Positions 27,460 to 37,354 are shown, counted from the first letter of the stretch. The stretch: DNA of 64,000 nucleotides from Bdellovibrionales bacterium (GCA_964230645.1 CAXRHT010000002.1:1248395-1312394), one strand, 5' to 3'. Program-made: numbers and translations. The notes: generated from the sequence alone by a model not told the origin.

Positions 27460-27966
27460 ATGAAAAAATCTATTTTTATCTTACTTCCCTTAGTTTTTGT
27501 CCTCTGCCAATGCTCCTCTGATAGCGACGGTGGTGGCGGTGGAAATGGTGGTATTGGCGGAGCTGGTGGCAACCCAAAAGGGGGTGGTAACGGGCAAGTG
27601 AATTTGCAGGGCTCTTGGAGTGGAACTGGTCAAATCATTGTTAATAACAACCAAACTTTTCAATGCAACAATGTGGTTTTTGAATTCAATCAAAACAGCA
27701 ATCAAATTGAAGTGGTCCGCGGTGATTACACTTGTGAACAAAATATTAATTACAACTGGAATCCTATGACGGTTGAACTCAGCGGCAACAAAGTTCTTTT
27801 TCAATCTCAAGAAATTGGAACAATCAACGGCAGCACGATCAGTATCACTGAGGGCAACGAGCAACTGACTATTGAAAAAGTCGGTGTGGACGCATTGAAT
27901 ATCCAAGAAGTGAAAATTGAAAACGGCAACACCTTCAATGTGAGTGCCCAACTTATGAAGCAATAA
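27460..27966 (+). CDS. Lipoprotein with Gly-rich linker, unknown function
   Basis: GGAGGA RBS then ATG 27460: MKKSIFILLPLVFVLCQCSSDSDGGGGGNGG... The 27430 start would lie inside the upstream terminator. Confidence 0.75.
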   Translation: MKKSIFILLPLVFVLCQCSSDSDGGGGGNGGIGGAGGNPKGGGNGQVNLQGSWSGTGQIIVNNNQTFQCNNVVFEFNQNSNQIEVVRGDYTCEQNINYNWNPMTVELSGNKVLFQSQEIGTINGSTISITEGNEQLTIEKVGVDALNIQEVKIENGNTFNVSAQLMKQ

Positions 27967-27980
27967 CGAGCTATCAAATA

Positions 27981-28017
27981 AAAAAAAAGGCTTAACTCCA
28001 TAGTTAAGCCTTTTTTA
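27981..28017. terminator. Bidirectional rho-independent terminator
   Basis: An A9 run, then GGCTTAACT-ccat-AGTTAAGCC, then a T6 run. Confidence 0.85.
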
Positions 28018-28029
28018 TTTCAACTTTCG

Positions 28030-28188
28030 TTACTGCTGTCTCCTGGGTTTTCCGCTACAAGGCTGAAGTATGGGGCTGTTCGAAAGAGCTAAGATCCTTC
28101 GCTACGCTCAGGATGACTGTAGACATTGCTCGGGAGGACTGTAGACATTGCTCGGGAGGACTCTGCGCAATTCAGCGGATAGCAGTGA
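28030..28188. mobile_element. MITE-like non-autonomous element (159 bp) with imperfect terminal inverted repeats and 7-8 bp flanking direct repeat
   Basis: Left end is TTACTGCTGTC and right end is GATAGCAGTGA (inverted, about 9/11 match). It is flanked on both sides by (A)ACTTTCG (28022-28029 and 28088/9-28195). It contains one AAGATCCTTCGCTACGCTCAGGATGAC core (28091-28117) and a perfect 22-bp tandem duplication (28118-28139 and 28140-28161). Confidence 0.6.
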
Positions 28189-28203
28189 ACTTTCGCGCCA
28201 AAT

Positions 28204-28740
28204 CTAAATTCCAAAATTGTGTCTTTCGGTGTCTTCAACCACTGACTTCACACCTTTGCCCTCATTGAGATTATTTCGGTAGGCGAGATGTTTGATGTCA
28301 TAGATAAAGTTATCACCATTGTCTCCAGGAGTTTGCCACTCAGGCCCCATACGGATCGCGTCAACAGGACATGCCTCTTCGCAATAGCCACAAAAAACAC
28401 AGCGAAGCATGTCGATTTCGTAGTTAATCGGATATTTTTCAACACTCGGGTCCTCATCTTCAGAGGCAATGATGGTGATACAGTCCGCGGGACAAGCTGT
28501 TGCACAAAGCATACAGGCCGTACAGCGGATATCCCCATCCTCTTTAACCGTAAGAACATGGTTTCCTTTAAAGCGCGGTGAATAATCGTACTTTTGCTCA
28601 GGATAATTGAGGGTTGGCATCTTTTTTTGGGTGAAAAGGTTTTTCACCATTGTTTTAAAAGTAAACCCCATTCCAGATAATATTCCTGGCAAATACCAAG
28701 AGCTACTTAATTTTGGTCTTTCAACTTTAATTACACTCAC
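28204..28740 (-). CDS. nuoI: NADH-quinone oxidoreductase subunit I
   Basis: Two 4Fe-4S ferredoxin motifs: CTACMLCATACP and CVFCGYCEEACP. Confidence 0.92.
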   Translation of the reverse strand: MSVIKVERPKLSSSWYLPGILSGMGFTFKTMVKNLFTQKKMPTLNYPEQKYDYSPRFKGNHVLTVKEDGDIRCTACMLCATACPADCITIIASEDEDPSVEKYPINYEIDMLRCVFCGYCEEACPVDAIRMGPEWQTPGDNGDNFIYDIKHLAYRNNLNEGKGVKSVVEDTERHNFGI

Positions 28741-30305
28741 GCTCTTCCCCTTTCATGCACAAATTCGTTATGGACGCGCTCTACTTGCTCATAGGCCTTC
28801 CACTGGACATCTTTGCCACTCAATATTTGACTGACCTCGGATAAATTCAGAGCTTGATCCACAAAGACATCGACTTTTTCAAAACTCTGCTCTGTCCCCG
28901 CGTAATTCGTAAAAGTTCCTGATTTCTCGGCAAAGGTTTTTAGTGGTACGAAAAGAAAGTCGCCTTGGATGTCATCAAGCTCAGGAACAAGACAAGCGCT
29001 CATCCAAACCACTTTTTTGTTTTTGGCTAGGATTTGACCTTTTTCCTTTATGTCATCATAGACCCACTGGTTTTCAGGGCCGGCAACTACGACAAGGTCT
29101 TGATCAGAGATTTTTGTAAGATCTTTTTCCGCCTTAATGCCCTGTTTTTCAAGAGCGGCTTCAAGGCCTTTTGTATTAGGATTCTTATCTCCTCTTTTTA
29201 AAAGGCCATCAAACTCATCCCACTTTTCTTCGTGGTTGGTCCAGTGGTAGACGCTATCGATACCAAACTTATCTTTCCAAAATTTCAACAAGCTTTCATA
29301 CTCTTCATTGGTGTACTGCCCCGTCAGAACAAGGCTTGCTTTTTTATTATCTGCCAACTGATCTCTTAGTTTTTTCAGAGCATCAAGGGTGAGACTGTAT
29401 TCCTTATTATTATCGGCTCGATGAATAACTTGAGTGAGACGATTTTGTTTTTTAATCGCCTTTTTCTCCCCTCTAGGTCCTTCAAATTCAGTATTCATCA
29501 AATTGGTGGACTTATAAATCTTCCGACCTTCATCACACATCCAGTATTCGTTGATCTCCGAGTACCTGGGTTTTACTCTCCATAGCCCTTCTTTATTGTA
29601 GTAGACATCAACATTACATCCTGTGGAACAGCCCGTACAAACAGAGGGCTTATCTTTTAAAAACCAAACCCTTTGGCGAAAGCGAAAATCTTTTGAGGTT
29701 AAAGCTCCCACAGGGCAAATATCCACAGTATTGACAGCGTAGTCATTTTCAAGTGGTTTACCAGCGTAGGTTCCAATTTCAGAGTGATCGCCACGGTTAA
29801 AAATTCCTAGTTCATGGGTTTTTGAAACTTCATCGGTAAAACGCACACAACGGGAACAAAGAATACAGCGTTCGGAATCCAGAACAATTTTACTGCCCAA
29901 GTCCACAACCTTTTTCTTTTTCACTTTTTGCTGGCCCATTTCGGAATCGTATTGTCCATACTGCATATACTGATCCTGCAGACCACACTCCCCGGCTTGA
30001 TCACAAATAGGACAGTCCAGAGGGTGATTAATAAGGTGAAAGTCTAAGCCCCATTTGACCGCATCTTTAACTTTCTCACTTTGGTTGGTGATAACCATTC
30101 CATCCTGAATGGGCGTATTACAAGCGATTTGCAAGCGAGGATTTCCCTCGATCTCCACCATACAAAGACGACAAACACCAGCAACACTCAATCCTGGGTG
30201 CCAGCAGTAATGGGCAATGTCCTGTTCGAGCTTTTTAAAAGCTTCGATAATGGACGTTCCCTTTTCCACCTCGATTTCTTGACCATTGATCGTACACTTA
30301 AGCAT
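28737..30305 (-). CDS. nuoG: NADH-quinone oxidoreductase subunit G (short form, 522 aa)
   Basis: 2Fe-2S and 4Fe-4S motifs: CWHPGLSVAGVCRLCMVE, HPLDCPICDQAGEC, CILCSRCVRF, CPVGALT. Start is MLKCTINGQEIEV at 30305, overlapping the nuoF stop. Confidence 0.9.
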   Translation of the reverse strand: MLKCTINGQEIEVEKGTSIIEAFKKLEQDIAHYCWHPGLSVAGVCRLCMVEIEGNPRLQIACNTPIQDGMVITNQSEKVKDAVKWGLDFHLINHPLDCPICDQAGECGLQDQYMQYGQYDSEMGQQKVKKKKVVDLGSKIVLDSERCILCSRCVRFTDEVSKTHELGIFNRGDHSEIGTYAGKPLENDYAVNTVDICPVGALTSKDFRFRQRVWFLKDKPSVCTGCSTGCNVDVYYNKEGLWRVKPRYSEINEYWMCDEGRKIYKSTNLMNTEFEGPRGEKKAIKKQNRLTQVIHRADNNKEYSLTLDALKKLRDQLADNKKASLVLTGQYTNEEYESLLKFWKDKFGIDSVYHWTNHEEKWDEFDGLLKRGDKNPNTKGLEAALEKQGIKAEKDLTKISDQDLVVVAGPENQWVYDDIKEKGQILAKNKKVVWMSACLVPELDDIQGDFLFVPLKTFAEKSGTFTNYAGTEQSFEKVDVFVDQALNLSEVSQILSGKDVQWKAYEQVERVHNEFVHERGRA

Positions 30306-31575
30306 GGGCTTTTCCTTTAACCTTCGAATATCCTTCTTTAATAAAAAACTCGAACTCATCACGAAATTTCGGAACAATTCCTAAAACAGGAAGTGCCGCT
30401 GCATCGGAAAGAGCACAAATCGTACGCCCTTTCATTTGATTAGCGACCTGACAGAGAAGATCGATATCACTGACACTGGCGGACCCGTCTATAACACTGC
30501 CAACAAGCTTATGAAGCCAACCTGTGCCCTCGCGACAGGGGGTGCATTGGCCGCAGGATTCATGATGATAAAAATGGGAGATGACTTTCAGCATATCCAC
30601 CATGCAGCGAGTGTCATCCATTATAACGATGGAGCCTGATCCCAGCATCGTTCCCATCTCTGAAAGACATTCGTAATCAAGTGTCGCTTTTTTAATTTCC
30701 TCGGCTGTAATAATAGGAGCTGAAGTTCCACCGGGGATAGCGGCTTTTAAAGAGCGACCATCCTTCATTCCACCACATTCTTTTTCTATAAGGTCCATCA
30801 GGGGATACCCTAAGGGAACTTCGTAATTTCCAGGTTTGTTAACATCTCCCGCTACGGAAAATAGCTTAGTCCCTGCTGACTTTTCAGTGCCATGTTTTTT
30901 GTAAGCCGCAGAACCATCTCGAATGATATATTTAACCGCTGCTAACGTTTCTACATTGTTTACAATGGTTGGTTTGCCTAAGTAGCCCTGTACCGCTGGA
31001 AAGGGAGGCTTGAGTTTAGGCTGCCCCTTTTTACCTTCAAGAGAGGAGATCATACCTGTCTCTTCCCCACAAATATAGGCTCCAGCGCCTCGATAAATAT
31101 CCATATCGTGATCAAAACCGGAACCGAGAATATTTTTTCCTAAAAAACCAGCGTCGTAGGCTTCCTGAATAGCTTTTTCCACCACGTTTGCGGCATAGAC
31201 ATACTCGCCTCGAATATAAATATAGGACTTAGGAGAATTGATGGCGAAGGCCGAGATGATCATTCCTTCAATGAGTTGGTGCGGAGCTCTTTCCATCATC
31301 ATGCGATCTTTAAATGTACAAGGCTCGCCTTCATCCGCATTACAGAGAAGATAACGAGTTTCTCCATTGTCAGGTAAAAATCCCCACTTCACTCCTGTGG
31401 GAAAACCAGCTCCACCACGCCCACGGAGACCAGCGGCTTTTACTTCGGCCACAATATCAGCCGGCTTCATCTTTAGTGCATTCGGGAGGACATCGTAACC
31501 TCCTTTTGCTTTGTAACCTTCAAGACTTCTAAAATTATCATCGTCGTAGTGTTCAGAGAGTAATTTAACTTCCAT
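30298..31575 (-). CDS. nuoF: NADH-quinone oxidoreductase subunit F
   Basis: GRGGAGFPTG (FMN/NADH site) and SCGQCTPCREG (N3 cluster). Confidence 0.95.
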   Translation of the reverse strand: MEVKLLSEHYDDDNFRSLEGYKAKGGYDVLPNALKMKPADIVAEVKAAGLRGRGGAGFPTGVKWGFLPDNGETRYLLCNADEGEPCTFKDRMMMERAPHQLIEGMIISAFAINSPKSYIYIRGEYVYAANVVEKAIQEAYDAGFLGKNILGSGFDHDMDIYRGAGAYICGEETGMISSLEGKKGQPKLKPPFPAVQGYLGKPTIVNNVETLAAVKYIIRDGSAAYKKHGTEKSAGTKLFSVAGDVNKPGNYEVPLGYPLMDLIEKECGGMKDGRSLKAAIPGGTSAPIITAEEIKKATLDYECLSEMGTMLGSGSIVIMDDTRCMVDMLKVISHFYHHESCGQCTPCREGTGWLHKLVGSVIDGSASVSDIDLLCQVANQMKGRTICALSDAAALPVLGIVPKFRDEFEFFIKEGYSKVKGKAHA

Positions 31576-32048
31576 TATTTTAAGTCCTTTAAAAGTTTTC
31601 TTGCGGATTCCGGCGTGAGATCTTCATGATAGTCGTCATTGATTTGCATCATTGGGGCCTTATCACAGGCTCCTAAACACTCCACGCGAGTGAATGTGAA
31701 ACGCCCGTCACTGGTGACCTCGCCCTCTTTGACCGAATATTCATCGAGGAAAGTGTCAGTGATCTCTCGAGTGCCCGCCATTGCACAAGCCACATTACAA
31801 CAAACTTGTACATGGTATTTACCCACAGGCTTTTTATTGAACATGGTGTAGAAATGAAAAACTTCGTTTATTTTTGACTCGGGAATTCCCATAAGATCAC
31901 TCAAGTAGCCAATGGCCTCTTCACTGACCCAACCGTCATTTTCTTTTTGAACCTGATAAAGAGACGGTATGATCGCCGACTCAATGGTTTCATAACGTTT
32001 TAATTCTTTTTTAACGAGCTCTTGGCCTTCAGTTGATAACTCAAACAT
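31575..32048 (-). CDS. nuoE: NADH-quinone oxidoreductase subunit E
   Basis: Thioredoxin-like 2Fe-2S ligands: VQVCCNVAC ... ECLGACDKAPMMQIN. Confidence 0.93.
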   Translation of the reverse strand: MFELSTEGQELVKKELKRYETIESAIIPSLYQVQKENDGWVSEEAIGYLSDLMGIPESKINEVFHFYTMFNKKPVGKYHVQVCCNVACAMAGTREITDTFLDEYSVKEGEVTSDGRFTFTRVECLGACDKAPMMQINDDYHEDLTPESARKLLKDLK

Positions 32049-32056
32049 AACTTCCT

Positions 32057-33751
32057 CTACCGATCCAATTCACCAGCAATAAGATTCATACTTCCAAGCA
32101 CAGCAATAACATCCGCCACCAATCCCCCTGTGATCGAGTCAGGAAAAGATTGGTAAATTGCAAAACAAGGGGGACGCACTTTCAGACGGTAGGGTGCCCC
32201 ACTACCATCACTGACACAGTAAAAACCAAGTTCTCCATTAGCCGCTTCGGTCGCGTCGTACACCTCTCCAGCCGGTGGCCTTAAACCATTAATGACGAGC
32301 ATAAAGTGATTCATTAGTCCTTCGATGTTTCCATAAACATCTTTTTTCTCAGGAAGCACGATATCTTTATCACGAATGGTGTAGTCACCTTCAGGTACAT
32401 TCTTACAGATTTGTTCAACAATTTTTAAAGACTGTTTCATTTCTTCAATACGAACCAAATAACGATCGTAAACGTCACCGGTTGAACCAATGGGAATATC
32501 AAAATCCAATTGCTCATAACCATAGTAAGGAGCCGCTTTTCTTAAATCTAAAGGAACGCCTGCCGCTCTTAAGCAAGGCCCAGTGTATCCCCACTCTATG
32601 GCGTCTTCAGCTGAGATCGCTCCTACACCAATTGTTCTCTGCATCCAAATTTTGTTGCGACTTAAAAGGCCCTCAATATTCGCAACCCCTTTTTTTAGCT
32701 CTTTACAAGTTTCCATGACATCATCAAACCAACCGTCCGGCGCGTCTTGAGCCATTCCTCCGATTCTCGTCATTGAAACTGTAAGCCTTGCGCCACAAAG
32801 TTTTTCAAAAAGAGTGTAGACTTTTTCGCGCATAGTAAAGAGTTGGAAAAATCCCGTTAAGGCTCCTAAGTCCACAGCGTTTGCACCAATACAAACCACA
32901 TGATCGATAAATCGCGACAACTCACAAAGTAAAACGCGCATGGCTTGTGCTTTAGGAGGAATCTCGACATCTAATAGCTTTTCCACGGCCTTACAGTAAC
33001 CCACATTGTTCATTGGGGCTGAGCAATAATTGAGTCTATCCGTGTAGGGAATGACCTGATTGTAGGCGTGAGTTTCGGCCATCTTTTCAAAACAACGATG
33101 TAAATATCCAAGCTCTACATTGGCACGATTCACATACTCGCCCTTTAGTTCGGCCATCACCCTCAATGTACCGTGAGTGGCTGGATGAGAAGGTCCGATG
33201 TTTAATGTGACAAGACCTTCTTCATTGGGCTTTTCTTTGTTGCCCTCCGGTTTATTATCAAAATGAATAGGCAAAGCTTCTGTGCATGGTTGTTGGCGAT
33301 CGGCCGGATAGTCTTTCCTTAGGGCATGACCTTCAAACTGATGATGAGTCAGGATTCTTCTCATATTGAGGTGGCCGGTGAACTTGATGCCAAACATATC
33401 GTAGACTTCTCTTTCAAACCAATCCGCCCCTCTCCAAAGTTTCGTTAGAGTCGGAACTTCTTCTTCGAGTGCTAGAAGAACTTTAACTCGAAGTCGTTTG
33501 TAGGTGGTCGTGCTAAAAAATTCGTAGACCACTTCAAAGCGTTTTTCTTTTCCTGGATAATCAACAGCAGTAACATCCATTAGAAGGTCAAAAAAGTTTT
33601 CTTGAAGATGAGTGGCCAAAGGCACTAAGTGGTCTTTGGGGACAACGAGAATGTCTGCTCCAAAGCTATACATCCACTGCCACTGAGAGCTTTCGCTTTT
33701 GAATTCTTTTTCTAGGGCTAATTGAAGATTGCTATTATTGAGTTTGCTCAT
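32057..33751 (-). CDS. nuoCD: Fused NADH-quinone oxidoreductase subunit C/D
   Basis: The N-terminal ~170 aa are NuoC-like (ERE(V)YDMFGIKF). The rest is NuoD-like ([14 protein letters not shown] ... ends ELDR). Confidence 0.93.
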   Translation of the reverse strand: MSKLNNSNLQLALEKEFKSESSQWQWMYSFGADILVVPKDHLVPLATHLQENFFDLLMDVTAVDYPGKEKRFEVVYEFFSTTTYKRLRVKVLLALEEEVPTLTKLWRGADWFEREVYDMFGIKFTGHLNMRRILTHHQFEGHALRKDYPADRQQPCTEALPIHFDNKPEGNKEKPNEEGLVTLNIGPSHPATHGTLRVMAELKGEYVNRANVELGYLHRCFEKMAETHAYNQVIPYTDRLNYCSAPMNNVGYCKAVEKLLDVEIPPKAQAMRVLLCELSRFIDHVVCIGANAVDLGALTGFFQLFTMREKVYTLFEKLCGARLTVSMTRIGGMAQDAPDGWFDDVMETCKELKKGVANIEGLLSRNKIWMQRTIGVGAISAEDAIEWGYTGPCLRAAGVPLDLRKAAPYYGYEQLDFDIPIGSTGDVYDRYLVRIEEMKQSLKIVEQICKNVPEGDYTIRDKDIVLPEKKDVYGNIEGLMNHFMLVINGLRPPAGEVYDATEAANGELGFYCVSDGSGAPYRLKVRPPCFAIYQSFPDSITGGLVADVIAVLGSMNLIAGELDR

Positions 33752-34280
33752 AAGGATTCACCCAGTTGTCTCGCCATGGTCTTGGTTTATGGTCTGCTAT
33801 CATTTTTTGAAGAGAAATCACGCCGTCTAAAACCGCTTCCGGTGTCGGAGGACAACCAGGAACGTAGACATCCACAGGAATGACTCGGTCGATCCCTTGC
33901 ATAACGTGGTAGGCTCGGTAAAAACCACCCGAACTGGCACAGGCACCCATGGAGATCACGTATTTCGGCTCCAGCATTTGCTCGTAAATATTTACAAGTA
34001 TAGGACCCATTTTTTCAGTGATCGTTCCTGCAACGATCAAAAGATCGGCCTGTCTTGGTGAGAATCGAACAACCTCAGCACCAAAACGGGCCAGGTCATA
34101 TTTGGGGCCCATCACGGACATAAGTTCAATCCCACAACAGGCGGTCCCATAGGGCATCGGCCACAGGGAGTTTCGTCTTCCCCAAGCAATGAGATCATCA
34201 ATTTTTGTGGTGAACGCAAAGGACTTTGAAATTTCATCGATGTTCTGTTGCCGCTCTGGCAACGATTGAGTCTGAGCCAT
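33735..34280 (-). CDS. nuoB: NADH-quinone oxidoreductase subunit B
   Basis: [13 protein letters not shown] and VPGCPP cluster N2 motifs. ATG 34280 lies 8 nt after GAGGAG, so I prefer it to 34307. Confidence 0.93.
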   Translation of the reverse strand: MAQTQSLPERQQNIDEISKSFAFTTKIDDLIAWGRRNSLWPMPYGTACCGIELMSVMGPKYDLARFGAEVVRFSPRQADLLIVAGTITEKMGPILVNIYEQMLEPKYVISMGACASSGGFYRAYHVMQGIDRVIPVDVYVPGCPPTPEAVLDGVISLQKMIADHKPRPWRDNWVNPYEQTQ

Positions 34281-34450
34281 TGGGACATCTCCTCTTTGAA
34301 CGAGCATTATCGTTTTCTTTTCATCTCCTTAAATGCTTAAAAATTCAAGCGATTTCGGGGTATTTATGATGATTGTCATAGGGAAATGGCGAGAGCTGAA
34401 AGCCCTTTTCAACAAGATCTAAATGAGTACCAAGAGACTCTTTAAAGGGC

Positions 34451-35026
34451 CTATTTTTTAGTGAGCTTTAAGAGGCGTTCAAAAAAACTTGGCTTATCCT
34501 TAACCATGACTCCCTGCCCCCGGTGACGGGCAAAAAAGAGATAATCAGCCTTTTGATAAAATTTCTGCTGTTTCAATTTATTTGAGATCTCCGCCTCCCC
34601 TTTGAAGATTTTATGATCCCCATCAAAAATGAGTGAGTCCCCTACAAAGCAGAGTCGCCTTCCTCTTTGCCGAACTGACAAGAACCAACACTCTTGCCAC
34701 TGCTCGAAAACCAAATGGTGGTCGAAATGATCTCGCCCAAACTGATCCATAGGAAGAGGGTTAGCATCGTGTTTGCCTTCATCAGTTAGAGTTATCGCTC
34801 TGGCCCCAAAGCGTTCAAAAAGTTCAATATGAACCGAATTCAGAGATTTCTGATTTTGAATAAAAAATCGACGGACACCCCCGCGACTTTTTAAGAAATC
34901 AAAGTCAAAAGGTTGCAAAAAGTCAGCACAGTATATGTCGTTGCCAAAAGGCCTTTCTACGAAAAAACTTGAAGATGATTCGTAATTGCGGAATTGATGA
35001 ACTCCCAATCTCGAAGGCTCTTTCAT
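34451..35026 (-). CDS. Hypothetical protein
   Basis: ORF whose start overlaps the upstream gene's stop by 4 nt. It contains RDHFDHH, a degenerate HxHxDH-like string. No confident family. Confidence 0.55.
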   Translation of the reverse strand: MKEPSRLGVHQFRNYESSSSFFVERPFGNDIYCADFLQPFDFDFLKSRGGVRRFFIQNQKSLNSVHIELFERFGARAITLTDEGKHDANPLPMDQFGRDHFDHHLVFEQWQECWFLSVRQRGRRLCFVGDSLIFDGDHKIFKGEAEISNKLKQQKFYQKADYLFFARHRGQGVMVKDKPSFFERLLKLTKK

Positions 35027-35571
35027 TTTGCTTTTTCTAAGAGCTCGTTAAAAGATTCATGAGCTTGCCCTTTTCTTTTTAACTGACCTTGTTCTTGAAC
35101 TTGCCCCAGCTTTATTGCAAAGGAAGGCAATTCCAACCGATCTTGCTTTGCCCACTGAAAAAGTTTTTCAAGGTTTGCCCCCTGATAAAACACAATCCTC
35201 AAAACAGCAGAGATGTTCCAATGTCCCAACGCCAATAGGGTGAGCAGGGCTTGAGTGGGTGTGACAAAAAGATAATCAAATTCTTTAATGGACTCGATCA
35301 CCTTATCGGCAGGATTGCATCCTAGGGTATGGGAGGGTTTAGCGAAACCACAAACAAGGGAGTCTTTATAAAAATAACGGGAACCTTTGGCCTGCCAGCC
35401 CTTGGCTATAAGCACTCTTCGAATAAGACTTCTTTCTGGGCCCGGCAAGATATCGTAATCATAGTTACTAAACTCACGATCATCATAGAGCGAGATCAAT
35501 CCAAGCTCGCCCACATCGAGCGCCTGTAAACCACCCGATCTCAATACACTAGCCAGTGTTTCCGCATCCAT
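35023..35571 (-). CDS. Hypothetical protein (possible minimal nucleotidyltransferase-like fold)
   Basis: The N-terminal SGGLQALDVGELG...REFSNYDYDIL loosely resembles the GG...DxD nucleotidyltransferase pattern. Weak. Confidence 0.55.
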   Translation of the reverse strand: MDAETLASVLRSGGLQALDVGELGLISLYDDREFSNYDYDILPGPERSLIRRVLIAKGWQAKGSRYFYKDSLVCGFAKPSHTLGCNPADKVIESIKEFDYLFVTPTQALLTLLALGHWNISAVLRIVFYQGANLEKLFQWAKQDRLELPSFAIKLGQVQEQGQLKRKGQAHESFNELLEKAK

Positions 35572-35611
35572 ACCTCAAACTAACTCGTTTCAGTCCTAAT
35601 GGTAAGAGAAA

Positions 35612-35643
35612 ATAAAAAAAGCCCATGAGGATCACTCATGGGC
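35612..35643 (-). terminator. Rho-independent terminator after protease gene
   Basis: GCCCATGAG-gatca-CTCATGGGC. The minus strand is then followed by T7. Confidence 0.8.
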
Positions 35644-35668
35644 TTTTAGATTTGATTGTAGTTTGGTT

Positions 35669-37135
35669 TTACTGTTGCATTACCGCTTGCACGTTAAGTT
35701 TTCCGTTGGAAACGGCTTTTCCATTCAATGCGTTAATGGGAGTGGCTGAGTTTAACACAGCGTCTTTTAGCTCTCTCCAGTCCGCATTTGGATACTTAGA
35801 AAGATAAAGAGCAGCAGCTCCGGAAACGTGAGGAGCGGCCATAGAGGTTCCGTCCCAAGTGGCAGTGATCAGTCCAGGAATATCAATGACTGTGTCTTGA
35901 TAAACATTGTCTGGAACAGTTGAGAAAACAGCCACACCAGGAGCTCCGATATCAACGGTTTGTCTACCCCAGTTGGAGAAAGATCCCAATTGGTCACTGG
36001 AATCAAGAGCCGCCACACTGATGATGTTCTCTTGCGGATAAGAAGCGGGGTAAGCCGGCTTAGCATCCGTATCGTTATCATAACCAACACCTTGATGTCC
36101 GTTACCAGCAGCCGCTACGAAAAGAACGCCGGCGTCTCTGGCATATTCAATGGCATCTTGAAGAGCTTGACTGGCTTGTTGGTCTCCACCATCACCTTCG
36201 CTTCCCCAAGAGTTCGAAAGAATTTGAGCCCCGTTATCAACAGCGTAACGAATGGAACCGATCGCACCATCAATGGAACCTTGACCATCTTCTGTTAAAA
36301 AGCGCATCGCCATAACTTTTACGTTTGGAGCCACACCTGAAATTCCTTTTCCGTTGTCCCCTGTGGCGGCTACGTTTCCAGCACAGTGAGTTCCGTGTCC
36401 AGGGTTTCCACCAAGAAGAAGTTGGATTCCTGTTTTATGAAGGTCATAAGGTTTGTTGTCGTCTGTGGCAAAGTCCCAACCAACAACGTCATCAACGTAA
36501 CCGTTTCCATCATCGTCAATTCCGTTTGTGGCTAGAGAGTTTCCATTGGCATCAACACCCATTTCCCCTGGGTTTCTCCACATATTGTCGACAAGGTCTT
36601 CGTGAGTGTAATCAACACCAGTATCGATCACAGCAACAACCACTTGATCATTTCCTTTTGTTCCAGAGTTATCCCAAGCTCCTTGAACATTGTTGTCAGC
36701 CATTCCCCACTGTTTGTTAAAAAGTGGATCACTTCCTGAACCACCCACTGGCTCGAGTGGAATCGCAGGATTATCTTCCCCACGCTCGGTCTGAACTTTT
36801 CCTTCAGCGATTTGTTTATCAAGCTCAGCTTTTACCATTTCACGAAGAATGGGATCTTGGACTTCAATGTTTGTTTGAAGTTTTACAATCCAGTTTCTTT
36901 CAATGGCCACAACATCCGAGTGAGCTTTAAGCTGCTCGGCCTCTTGATCTGAGATATCTAATTTGACCCAGTTTTTGAGATGAAGATCTTTCATCGCCAC
37001 ACCGGAACGACCCATTTCAGCCGTAAATTCGTTCATACTTCTTTGGTCTTTTAATTTTACAAGCCAGCCATTGGAGTCAGCACCGTAGGCGCTCATTGAG
37101 GCTAGTAGCACTACAATTATAGACAAGAATTTCAT
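35669..37135 (-). CDS. Secreted subtilisin-like serine protease (S8) with I9-type propeptide
   Basis: Signal peptide. Catalytic triad contexts VAVIDTGVDYTHEDL (Asp), HGTHCAGNVAA (His) and GTSMAAPHVSGAAAL (Ser). Confidence 0.92.
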   Translation of the reverse strand: MKFLSIIVVLLASMSAYGADSNGWLVKLKDQRSMNEFTAEMGRSGVAMKDLHLKNWVKLDISDQEAEQLKAHSDVVAIERNWIVKLQTNIEVQDPILREMVKAELDKQIAEGKVQTERGEDNPAIPLEPVGGSGSDPLFNKQWGMADNNVQGAWDNSGTKGNDQVVVAVIDTGVDYTHEDLVDNMWRNPGEMGVDANGNSLATNGIDDDGNGYVDDVVGWDFATDDNKPYDLHKTGIQLLLGGNPGHGTHCAGNVAATGDNGKGISGVAPNVKVMAMRFLTEDGQGSIDGAIGSIRYAVDNGAQILSNSWGSEGDGGDQQASQALQDAIEYARDAGVLFVAAAGNGHQGVGYDNDTDAKPAYPASYPQENIISVAALDSSDQLGSFSNWGRQTVDIGAPGVAVFSTVPDNVYQDTVIDIPGLITATWDGTSMAAPHVSGAAALYLSKYPNADWRELKDAVLNSATPINALNGKAVSNGKLNVQAVMQQ

Positions 37136-37354
37136 AGTTCCCCCTAAAAGAATTTTGTTTGTCGTCGAGTATTTGAACCCAGAAAAAAGAACTTTTCTGC
37201 GCCCTTACCGACTGAAGTCCCAACGAGAATTAAGTCTAAGGAGGCTGCGGAGAGTCTATCAATCAAATGAGACGGAACTAGCCCCAGGTCGGAGGCTATT
37301 CTAGACTATCGTCTTAGCTAATGAGTGATTATTATTATTTTAGATAGGTGAAGC

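Noticed and set aside
27490-27963. 157-aa minus-strand ORF antisense to lipoprotein 27460..27966
   Set aside because: The plus-strand gene has a GGAGGA RBS, a lipobox and flanking terminators. The antisense ORF has none of these.
37136-37354. c-di-GMP (GEMM-I-like) riboswitch in the long protease leader, prompted by AGCCTCCGACC resembling the Vc2 AAGCCUCCGGCC segment
   Set aside because: The rest of the consensus is not present: no GGCAAAC, no GAAA tetraloop/receptor and no P1 pairing. It is a single short match only.
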